Positions 40,682 through 50,764 of a stretch of 64,000 bases of DNA are shown here, piece by piece; the stretch's first letter is position 1, and every line of letters starts with the position of its first letter. Source of the stretch: Takakia lepidozioides. Its lineage: Eukaryota > Plantae > Bryophyta. The position numbers and the translations under genes are program-made. The notes under the pieces are model-generated. The model had not been told where the DNA came from. It did no database searches and saw only the letters and a program-made list of their open reading frames with translations. The stretch spans positions 72,168,001-72,232,000 of the forward strand of contig CM060733.1 in NCBI GenBank assembly GCA_030704615.1, read 5' to 3'.

Positions 40682-41008
40682 TGATAAAGAGGAAGAATAC
40701 AAGCACAAGCTCATGCGAGCTCACAAAGCTGAAGCATAAACTCATGCATATATAACCTCATCACTCAAATACAAGTCAAGCCAAGTGCACCCCACGCCAC
40801 GGGGAATCCACACTATGGCGCCATAGCTAGGCGCGGTGAGGCTCAACTCGAGAAAGATGAGCCTCCCGCGCTTGCCGTGAAGATAACCACTCCAGGGCCT
40901 AAATCTGCCTTGACCCCTGGATTGACACTTGGGCCAATCCCAAATGTCAATATGTAAAAGCTAGCTATTTCCTAGCTAGTTTCACACTAGTGGTAAAATA
41001 ACTTGACA
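40682..41008 (-). repeat. Terminal repeat B, inner copy (327 bp)
   Basis: Matches 50438-50764, with three transitions found by eye. Confidence 0.95.
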
Positions 41009-41010
41009 GC

Positions 41011-41198
41011 TGTCGTGCGCATACATATCGCTACACAACTACATCGCTGTCCAAAACCACACAACACATGTGCACACCACACACTAGTATACCACTAGTC
41101 TACCACTAGTCCAGCCACTAGTCCAACCACTAGGCTACAACTAGTCAGTCACTAGGCTGCCACTACGCTGCCCACTATGGCAGTCACTAGTCCACACA
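41011..41198 (-). repeat. Terminal repeat A, inner copy (188 bp; follows the PPT)
   Basis: On the minus strand it starts TGTGTGG, 2 nt after the PPT, and ends CACGACA. Confidence 0.95.
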
Positions 41199-41200
41199 AT

Positions 41201-41210
41201 CGCCCCCCTA
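41201..41210 (-). promoter_or_regulatory. Polypurine tract (plus-strand primer)
   Basis: Minus strand reads TAGGGGGGCG-AT-TGTG, directly before the U3-like repeat A. Confidence 0.8.
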
Positions 41211-41458
41211 GCTGGTGCTTAGGTCCCTCTAAGTCCAGGTAGCCACAAGATGTGATAGTGACCATAGCCTCACTAAGTCTTCCACCACTATCCCTACTAC
41301 ACTCAAACTCGATAGATCAAGAGGCCGGGTGCAAGAGTTGCCCCATCGTTAGTTGCCGTCTTGCAACCTATGAACTTGAGCTTGGGATCTCATGTATTGA
41401 CTCCTATGAGCTTGGCCTCCCATGTCTTGTTAGCTGCCTCCAGTCATGTCCACTGCCA

Positions 41459-44400
41459 CTATCCCAAGCAGTGTGGACACAACCAATCTCCGTCAGGAAC
41501 CTTCTCAAGAGGTGGTGTCAAGCATCCCATATGCCAACCCCTTGAGCATCGATCACACACCAGCATGGTGGCTGCCCCTTTGGCAGACCCACAGAGCATG
41601 CACCTCAAACCTGCAGGTACCACTGCCAAGTTTGGGTCAACTCTGCCATCGACATTGGGAAGGTGACATGGCGCACAATTACGCACATGGTCCTTCCAAG
41701 TCATGCCATCCCGACCCTCCAAGATCAGGACCCCTGAGGGCAACACCTCTCGAACCCTCAGAATAACACGCCCTGCAGTAACATCCAGAGTCGTAGGAGC
41801 AGTCTGCTGCAAATAAACATAGTCACCAGGGCTAAACCTCCGAACCCCAGGACGATATCCTCCACCACGTATAGTGGCATACCTCAACGTATCACGGTGC
41901 TGTGCAATGGCAAGGTTCTCAAAAGCCATGGGCATGACTTTCTTGAACAACTCTGCACGCTGATCACATGCACGTACCCACACGTCCGGATCGTCAAGGT
42001 TAAGGACTTGAGCAGTGTCCCTACGAATGGCTGCAGGCAAATCCGGCTCTCGGCCAAAGAGAAGGAAATATGGTGAGAAGGAGGCAAGTGATGCTTGTTT
42101 GCTGAACCTGTAGCCCATGGCTAACCAAGGAACCTGAAGATCCCAATCTCCTAGGTGTCCCTTCTGCAAGCCATACTTGCGCAAACCCCTCTTCACCGTC
42201 TGAACAACTCTCTCTGCTAAGCCATCGGCCTCAGGATGATCCCGAGAAGTGGTGCGGTGGTCTATCAAGGCTTTATCACACAAAGCCTGAAACTCCCCCA
42301 AGAACTCTCTCCCTTGGTCCGTGAGTACCTCAGCTGGAGCACCAAATCGGCTAAGCACACGATCCAAGAATGCATACGCAGCCCCCTCACTAGCCTTTGT
42401 CAGGCAATGGAACCAACTCAATCCACTTGGAGAAGTGCTCCACCATCACCAACACATATCTGTGGTGGCGCATAGTCAGTGGCAACGGTCCTGCGAAGTC
42501 AAGACTCCACCTGTAGCCTAATCCCATGATAGGTAAAGGATGCAACTGTGGTGTAGGGGCGTTGAATGAAGCACGCACCCTGTCACACACCATGCACCTA
42601 GCCACAAACTGTTGCACCTCTGTATGCATACCACGCCACCAATACTGCCCCTGCAGTAAACTGTGAGTGCGTCGCACTCCAAAATGCCCCAACTCCTCAT
42701 GGGCATGCCGCACTAACCGTGCACGCTGTGTGGGGTGAGGCACAATCCTCACCCGACCATCCTCCCACACTCGAAGTAGGTGTATCCCCTCCCACTTGAA
42801 CCTCTTGGCTCGTTGCAGGATCCGATCCCTCTCCCTGGCAGTCACAATGGCTGCCGTGTCTCCCGTGCGGAGGTAGTCCAACACAGCCGAATCCTCATGT
42901 ATATCTCTGGCACCACCTAGCTCATCACTAGCCTCAGGGTCCTCAGACACTCCGTCTACAGTCATCCCTGTTGTAGGTCCAATCTGACCTCCCGATGCCA
43001 AGATACACAAAAATGCAGATGCGTGCCATCCCGACACCATCTCCTTGTCCGTCTCACCATGCCACCAAGCTCCAGTGTCATCCTGCTGGCTCATGCATGG
43101 ATTGCGACTCAATCCATCCGCATCCTGATTGACCAAACCCGGTCGATGCACAACCTGAAAGTCATACTCCTGGAGTATAAGTGCCCACCGTGCAAGCTTC
43201 CCCGTAAGCTTGTCTGACTCCATCAACCACTTGAGTGGCTGGTGATCCGTGACAAGGGTGAAAAGATTGCCGTATAGATAGCACCTGAAGTGTGCCACGG
43301 CCCACACTGCAGCTAAGCACTCTCCCTCATATGAGCTGTACTTAGCCTCTGCAGCGTTGTTCGAGCGGCTAGCGTAAGCCACTACGAACTCTCTTCCCTC
43401 ATCATCCACCTGTGTGAGCACCGCTCCAAGCCCCAGCATGCTCCAATCCGTATGCAGCTGAAAGGGACGCCCCCTGATAGGTCGTCTCAAGATAGGCGCC
43501 GAGGTCAACCTCGCCTTGAGCTCTTGAAAAGCTCGTTCCTGCTCATCTTCCCACTGCCACTCCTGGTCCACCTTGGTCAGCTTGGTTAGAGCCTTTGCAA
43601 TGGTACTAAATCCCTTGACAAACCGTCTATAATAGTTTGCCAACCCCATGAAAGCTCGAACTCGGCTCACATCCGTGGGGCGTGGAATTTGTGCAATGGC
43701 CTCTACCTTAGTCTGCTGTACCCCCAATCCTCCAGGATATATCATGTGACCCAGATACTCAATCTGGTTGTGGAAAAACTTGCACTTCCCCGGATGCAAC
43801 TTCAATCCGTGCGCTCTCAAGCGCTCCAATACCACCTGAAGGTGTCTCTCATGCTCCTCCATCGTAACACTAAAGATGATGATGTCATCTATGTAGCACC
43901 GAGCAAAGTCCACCCCTGCTAGAATCCTATCCATGACTCTCTGAAACTCTGCAGGAGCATTCTTAAGCCCAAATGGTAAGAACCGCCACTGATATAGGCA
44001 ATCCTTGCCGTGCTCATTGATCCCCCAGAATGCCGTCTTCTGCTTGTCCGCCTCCTTGATTGGCAACTGGTGATATCCGGATCGTAAATCCAAAGTGCTA
44101 AAGGCCTTAGCATGCCCGATGGCATCAAAGATCTCCTCTGGTGTTGGCATGGCATACTTATCGGACTTGGTCTGACGATTTACAGGCCGGTAATCACCGC
44201 ACATACGTCTCTCCGTCCAATTGCCATAGACATCCTTCTTGGCTGGCATCACTGTGGCTGAAGCATACTCTCCACCAGAGAGCTCCACCAAACCTGCCTC
44301 CGAGAGATCTTGAGTCCTCATCTGAATCAAAGACCTCTCCATGTCACTGTATCTATAGGGTCTCCGAAAGATTGGCGTGTCAGTGGCCAACTCAATACGG

Positions 44401-44594
44401 ATCTCTTGACCCTTCAGTGCTCCCAAGTCCTTCAAACTGAAGGCAAAGCAATTCATGTAAGCCCTCAGGAACCGCCGTATACGTCGTCTCTCTCCTCCGG
44501 TGACAATGGGTCCAATGTCAGGCTCCCAATTGTCCTCCGTAACTACAACCTTAAGTCCAGTGGGCTTAGAGGTAGAGGACGCGTCCCGTGGTTG
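41459..44594 (-). CDS. pol: Pol: reverse transcriptase - RNase H - integrase (HHCC + DDE) - C-terminal PHD finger; one 1-nt frameshift at ~42397
   Basis: RMCGDYRPVN, LDLRSGYHQ, LPFGLKNAP, YIDDIII (RT); LHTDWS, YEGECLA, TDHQPL (RH); HEELGHFG...CMVC; SLDF, TDQGREF, GLAERVVQ (IN); CMLC...LVCDRCSRGWHMGCLTPPLEKVPDGDWLCPHC (C4HC3 PHD). Confidence 0.95.
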
Positions 44595-47500
44595 CTATGC
44601 TGCAACCTCTTGAGCAGTACTCCCTACCTGCTCAGTCAATGACAAGGCATCATCCTGCCCCATCATCTCATCCTTGAGGACCTCCTCAACTCGAGAAGAA
44701 TCCCCAACCTCATCCATCACAGCCGCCTTGGCTGCCAACTCCCTCTGAACCTCGAGCACCTCCCACGTGTGCCATGGATGCATGCACCCCGTGGTCCTCA
44801 TATGCTCGCCCCCACTCACTGCCTGTACCGTCTCGGTAGGCAGAGAGACCATTGAGGGAAGTGTATTCCGCACTCTGCGTTGCTCAGCTAGAGCCAAGCT
44901 GATAATCCAGGTCAAGCAATTGAGATCCATTGCTTGCCCCAACACTTGACGACGTGATGCCTCAGAAAGAGACGACACCGCCGTGGTACCAGTGGTAAAA
45001 CCCATTGCCCGCTCACGCTCGTCAGCATTAGGCTCCACTAACTGCTGCAACTGAGCATCCCACAGGAGGCCAGGTCCACTATCCGGAAAGCATGCGATCC
45101 TGGGAAGCTGAGCAGTGTAGGTAATGCTGCTCGTGGTTGACCCACCTTGTTGACCACTGCCAAAGGCGAACGGTCATCGTGTCTCACACGTTGAGACTGC
45201 CTCCCTGTGTCCAGAATGTTATCCACTGTGAGATGTGCTGGCCGCTGCACCCCATCAAATGCACGCTTGAGCAGTGCGGGTGGCATCATGTTAGTCCACC
45301 ATAGCCGTGGACGATGAGCCCGTGACCCCACTGTAGCTGCATCCAGCAACACTGCTGACCCAAGCCACGACCGGACTTGATGCACACTGGCCATCACCCT
45401 GGCCCGAGAATCGCCCATCAGTGGCACATTCTCCAAGATGTATGCTGGAGATACAGCTTGATGAAGCTGCAAGTGGCGCAAAACCCGCACCATCTCCCAA
45501 AACAGACCCGACCTCGAGTCTCGCAATCCATTGCCATGCCCGGCTGATGAATGCCCTTGGCAGGGCCAACCTGCCACTACCAGATCAATGGAGCCAACCC
45601 GCTCCAAATCCTGCGCCCCCAGCAACGAAATGTCTGCTGGCAAGGCCTGCTGATATCCACGAATTGCAGACACCGACAACAACTCAGGGTACCGCTGCAC
45701 CAACTGAGCAACATGGCGAAGTGAAACGCGTCGTGCAGTAGTCTCATCCCTCTCCACATACAGGTAACGCCGAACTCGTACACCTGCCTGTAACACAGCA
45801 GCCAATCCGGTGCTGATCCCGCCAAACAAGTCCAGAAGACAAATGCCTTCATCCGGAGACTGCCACACAATAGGTGTGGTGTCCAATGGAGACAATTGAG
45901 GTGGTCCTGGTGCAATCCCCACACTCTCCTCCTCTCCTGACGGTACAAAAGCCTCCACCCAGGCTTGTTGCACCCGTCGATCAGCATCCCGCTGCAAATC
46001 CTTGCTCGTGCCCCACAATGGAGTCTGAGCAACCATGGTAGGCAACTCCGCCATACCATACATGTCATCCTGCTCTCCCGGAGGTGGTACATCCTCTGAA
46101 TGAGCATTGCCCTCAAGCAACTCTCTAGGCCAACTCACTGCCGCTGTGAATGCTGCTAGTGTCGGCATCTTGCCTCGCTGGGCAACCGCAACTCCTCCTA
46201 TGAACGTCACAGGGAGCTGCACACGCCGGCCCTCCCCTGACTGCCATGCAGGCCTATAGGAAGCTGACTCCTCCCAAAAATCCAGGGTGAAGCCCATGGG
46301 GTACAACACTGCCCCACCAACCAGGACATCGTATGAGACTGCGTCTGTCACAATGGCCTTGGCTCGCATCACTGAGCCATCTGTAGGGTGATCCGGCCGT
46401 AGTCTGATAGCCAACTCACGCCGTGTCATGCCCCGAGCCTGCTCCGATCCTCCCAGAGACGTCTGTATCTGGAAAGGACAAGGCTCCATATCCGCCTCCG
46501 TGAGGCCCAAGCCTGCAATAGCAGCTCTGCCCAGCATCAGTGGCTGAGCTCCCGAGTCCAACAAGACTCGCAGTGGCCGGTACCTCTTGCCTGCCGGTCC
46601 ACTCAAACAGAAAATGCCATCCTGGTTGTCTAACATGACAACTCCAGGTGTCACCATGGCGCGCTCAATGGCTGGCCTAGCTGGCAGCTCCATCAACCTG
46701 GCAGCTGCAGCTTGCCATGGCGCCGCCGTGGCAGTCTTGACCCTCAAATCCGAGGATCCCTCCGGCACTACACCTCCCACTATCTCCGCAGAAGATGAAG
46801 TAACCTCCCCACTCTCACAGAGTGTAGCTGCCAGCCTGAACACCTCAGCTGGTCTTACCCCCGGCGTCGCAATCATGGTAGCCGAGAACAATGGAGCCTG
46901 GCACACAGATGTGGCCGCTCCTAATAGCACACTAGCTGCCGTAGCCTTGGCAACACTAGGTAGTGGTGCTGCCCGTGTAGCTCTCCCCAATGGCATAGTA
47001 ACCTCCGCCTCGGTAATAGTCGGGCGAGAACTAGGTGCCATGGGTGGCGTCGACACTGTCTCCGCCAATGTGAATGACTGAGGAAGCCTAGCCTGACGGC
47101 TTGCCTCCCCACGCTGTGGATCCAACTCCACCTCTGCACCCCGTGGCTCAGGAACTCGTGCTGCTCCTCGAGTCACGGCTGCAGCAGACTCCACCTGCAC
47201 TAGTGGTAGTGCTGCTCCACACATGAATCCCATGCCTCCCATATCTCCTCCCTCAGGAGCAGGAGGTGGACCATCCGGCCTTAGAGCCGGTACCACCTGA
47301 GCTGTAGCCATGGCAGCGAGCCTCTGCTCTAGCTGCTGAAGCCGGTTGGCCATGCCTTGGTCAACACCCTGACCTCCGTGTCCTTGGCCACGTTGAGCTT
47401 GCCCTTGGCCTGCACCTCGTGGCTGGCCACCTCGTCCTCTCTGGCTGCTCCACCTCGCCCCCGGCCACCATTGTTCCCTTGAAACTGGCCTGGGCGCAAC

Positions 47501-48768
47501 TCAGGATGCAAACTATAACACTGGGCCTCTCCATGCCCGTGCTTGCCACAATGCCCACACTGCAACTGTGCAGGCTGTGCATGTGCCGACCCTTTGCCTC
47601 CCTCTGGGCAATCCTTCTTGACATGGGGTCCTCCACATGTCCAGCACACCACATCCGCCCGTTGTTGGCCAGCAAATGAAGGGAGAGACCCCTGCATTTG
47701 AGGTCCTCTCTGCCCTTCCCTGAGCTTCACCTGAGCCCCCTTGTTGCCTTGAGCACGTTGAGGTAGTGGTTGGCTAGGAGCACCACTACCCCGTGGTGTC
47801 TCCTTAGCAAATCCCACCATGACCACTCGTTCCTCCACCATGTTGAGCTCTATCCGCTCTGCCAGCAAAAACACATTTGCTAAGGTGGGTTGGGCCGCTT
47901 GTAGGAGAGTTGCATCCCGCACCCTTCTCCTCAGCTCCTTGTCCAATATCCCATACCAGAATTGGACTGCCTGAGCTTCCGTAACCCCTTGGGTTACATT
48001 TATCAAGCGCCTCATGCGAGTGAAAGCCTCCCTCAAGCTCTCGGTTGGCTTCCGTTGGAACTCTTGCAAGCTCCGCAACTTCTCTGTCCTCACCCCTTGG
48101 TAGTTCCCTCTCAACTCTTCGAAGAACTCCACAACAGGGTTGAAGGCAGGCACGGGTGCTAGTGCTGGTGCGGTAGTGGCTTGGGTGGACGTCGTAGCTA
48201 CTGTACCACCAGTCCCACTGCTGCTTGCTGAAGCTGCCGGTGCAGCGGCAGGTGTAGCCACTGCCCTCGTGGCTCTAGTGCCCCTAGTGATGGAGACATA
48301 GTCGGTGACCAGTACATCCTCCACTCCTCAATCTCAACCTCATGCCCCCGCCTGAACTCATGGTAATCATCCATAGGCGGCCCCTCAAGGTGCTGAAACA
48401 GCCCTTTCCATGCCATGAACGGCGTAAATAGTTGTGGATTGCGCATTTGCTGCAAATCACACCAACTATCAAACTCTTGGATAAAATCATCCAACTCAAT
48501 GGTGCCCCACCGCCCCAGAGTACCTTCGTGGCCCCTTGGTAGCTCCATACATCTCCTCCATTGTGTCCCACAATAATGGCAAAGAAACAACTTGCACCGC
48601 CGGTATGAGCCTTCCTGATTCACAATCCGAATCAGAACCTTCCGTGGAAGACACAGGAGGTGAAGGTGGCCTAAACCGCACACCTCGTCTCGTGTACCCA
48701 CTAGTATCGCTAGTGCTCGAACCGGCACTGTCCCCAGCAACTAGTGGCACCTCCGTGTTGACACTCAA
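44595..48768 (-). CDS. Gag - aspartic protease - C5 cytosine methyltransferase polyprotein (reconstructed across four 1-nt indels; true start uncertain)
   Basis: ORF pieces 48496-48768, 48198-48740, 47329-48324, 45038-47353 and 44595-45050 are colinear with copies 1 and 3. Two zinc knuckles, LLDSGAQP, DNMT motifs I-X. Confidence 0.88.
44900..45845 (-). CDS. DNMT3-like DNA (cytosine-5)-methyltransferase domain inside the retrotransposon polyprotein
   Basis: Motif I LDLFGGISTG, II YVERD, III ADIS, IV AGWPCQGHS, V SGLFWE, VI YILENV, VIII RAHRPRLWWTNM, IX ERERAMGF, X RRQVLGQAMD, in canonical non-permuted order. Confidence 0.93.
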
Positions 48769-49019
48769 CCGGTCATGAACATGTCCCTAACCCCCTCTCC
48801 ACAAGGTAACCGGGTAGAGAACCTGTTGCGGCTTATGGTTTGGAATACTAAGTTCCTAACATAGCCTACACCTGAACTTGCATGACCATGGGAATATCAT
48901 GAAGATACTCCTCAAACCGCCCTCCACAAGCTTCAAAATTCGGCCTTCCAGACCACATGCCAGTCCTTAGTCCACCAGTGCCTCCACGAGTCAGCACAGG
49001 CCATCCACAGGTCAACACG

Positions 49020-49751
49020 GGCCACCACAGACCAGCACAGGCCCACACAGCTCACTGGTCACAGCCGTCACAGCCGTCAGGCCAATGGGCACAGCCTGTC
49101 ACAGCCCCTCACAGCTCGTCACAACCTCAAAGGCCTCAGGCACAGCCTGTCACAGCCCCTCACAGCCCGTCACAGCCCCAAAGGCCTCAGGCGCGGCCTG
49201 TCACAGCCCCTCACAGCCCGTCACAGCCCCAAACGCCATGGCACGGCCTGTCACAGCCCCTCACAGCCCGTCACAGCCTCAAAGGCCTCAGGCACGGCCT
49301 GTCACAGCCCATCACAGCCCCAAAGGCCTCAGGCACGGCCTGTCACAGCCCCTCACAGCCCGTCACAGCCCCAAAGGCCTCAGGCGCGGCCTGTCACAGC
49401 CCCTCACAGCCCGTCACAGCCCCAAAGGCCATGGGCACGGCCTGTCACAGCCCTCACAGCCCGTCACCAGCCGCAAAGGCCTCAGGCACGGCCTGTCACA
49501 GCCCCTCACAGCCCATCACAGCCCCAAGGCCATGGGCACAGCCTGTCACAGCCCGTCACAGCCCCACAGGCCTCAGGGCACAGCCTGTCACAGCCCCGCA
49601 CAGCCCCACAGGGCACAGGGCAAAGCCTGTCACAGCCCATCACAGCCCATCACAGCCTCAAAGGCCTCAGGCACGGCCTGTCACAGCCCCTCACAGCCCA
49701 TCACAGCCCCAAAGGCCATGGGCACAGCCTGTCACAGCCCGTCACAGCCCC
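49020..49751. repeat. Tandem array of (t)cacagccc units with a ~50-bp higher-order repeat, in the element's 5' leader
   Basis: aaaggcctcaggcacggcctgtcacagcccctcacagcccgtcacagcccc is repeated more than ten times, with variants. Confidence 0.95.
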
Positions 49752-50421
49752 CTATCTTGGCTCCTTGGCTCCTTGATGCTCTCTAAGACAAGACTAAGCA
49801 CTCCATAGCCTTTGCCAAGCTCCTGAAACCCTAAGGCTTACATTTCCAGCCACAAGACACTTCTCTTGTGGTGCAAGAGCTCTTCTTCCAAGCTCTGTAA
49901 CCCTAGGTGCACATTCCATGGCCTTGCCGCACCTCTTAGCTCCTGTTCCAGCCCTGCTCTCGCCATGACAAGAGCCCTCTCAATGCTGAAGCTCGAGATT
50001 GAAACCCAATCTCACCATACTCCACAAAGTGCACTGATTTGCCCCAAGCCAAATCAGCCCTTTCGCTTGGTCTTGCAATCCTTCACACAATGACAGCTCG
50101 CATTCCCAAGTCCAGTTCTCAGCTTTGCCACCAAAGCCACTATAACCTGCTCTTGACTAGTCCTCTTCCCAATCGTGCTTGCTCATGCATGTACACAATC
50201 TGAAACCATCAAGGTGCTCTGGAATTACCTACAGTATGGTGCTTTCATCTCTGAAGCTGAAGATCGAATGCCAAGGTTTACCACCTCGTAACCCACATCG
50301 CCTCCGCTTCTAACAACCAAGAGCTCCACGGTGCTCCTTGCATAACAACTTGGTTTCTCTCATTCTCAAGCAAAAACCACAAGTGCTACAACTAACTCGT
50401 ATCTAGCACTCATAGATACGA

Positions 50422-50438
50422 GCTCATCTTTCTCGAGT
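50422..50438 (-). promoter_or_regulatory. Primer-binding-site position, complementary to a sequence within repeat B (putative self-priming)
   Basis: gctcatctttctcgagt (50422-50438) is the exact reverse complement of actcgagaaagatgagc (50602-50618). There is no TGG tRNA-type PBS. Confidence 0.75.
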
Positions 50439-50764
50439 GATAAAGAGGAAGAATACAAACACAAGCTCATGCGAGCTCACAAAGCTGAAGCATAAACTCA
50501 TGCATATATAACCTCATCACTCAAATACAAGTCAAGCCAAGTGCACCCCACGCCATGGGGAATCCACACTACGGCGCCATAGCTAGGCGCGGTGAGGCTC
50601 AACTCGAGAAAGATGAGCCTCCCGCGCTTGCCGTGAAGATAACCACTCCAGGGCCTAAATCTGCCTTGACCCCTGGATTGACACTTGGGCCAATCCCAAA
50701 TGTCAATATGTAAAAGCTAGCTATTTCCTAGCTAGTTTCACACTAGTGGTAAAATAACTTGACA
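50438..50764 (-). repeat. Terminal repeat B, outer copy (327 bp; 5' end of the element)
   Basis: Minus strand TGTCAAG...TTTATCA, flanked externally by the AACT TSD. Confidence 0.95.

Larger units (their letters stand above)
40493..50764 (-). mobile_element. Full-length Ty3/gypsy-like retrotransposon with DNMT and PHD domains and split direct repeats
   Basis: 4-bp TSD AACT (40489-40492 and 50765-50768); termini TGTC...GACA; domain order gag-PR-DNMT-RT-RH-IN-PHD; repeats A (40493-40680, 41011-41198) and B (40682-41008, 50438-50764). Confidence 0.95.

Noticed and set aside
40493-41198. Reading A-B-A as a solo LTR or nested second element beside a normal LTR element
   Set aside because: The only TSD (AACT) flanks the outer A and outer B, the internal joints have only 1-2-nt spacers with no duplication, and the 5' end lacks A altogether.
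49020-49751. CRISPR-like appearance of regular repeats (here and in the PPR arrays)
   Set aside because: No unique spacers, no cas genes, and the context is eukaryotic.
48957-49808. Long + strand ORFs (283 aa and 233 aa) rich in PVTAPHS/ACHSPSQ
   Set aside because: They are translations of the stop-free CACAGCCC tandem array; several frames are open and there is no coding signature.
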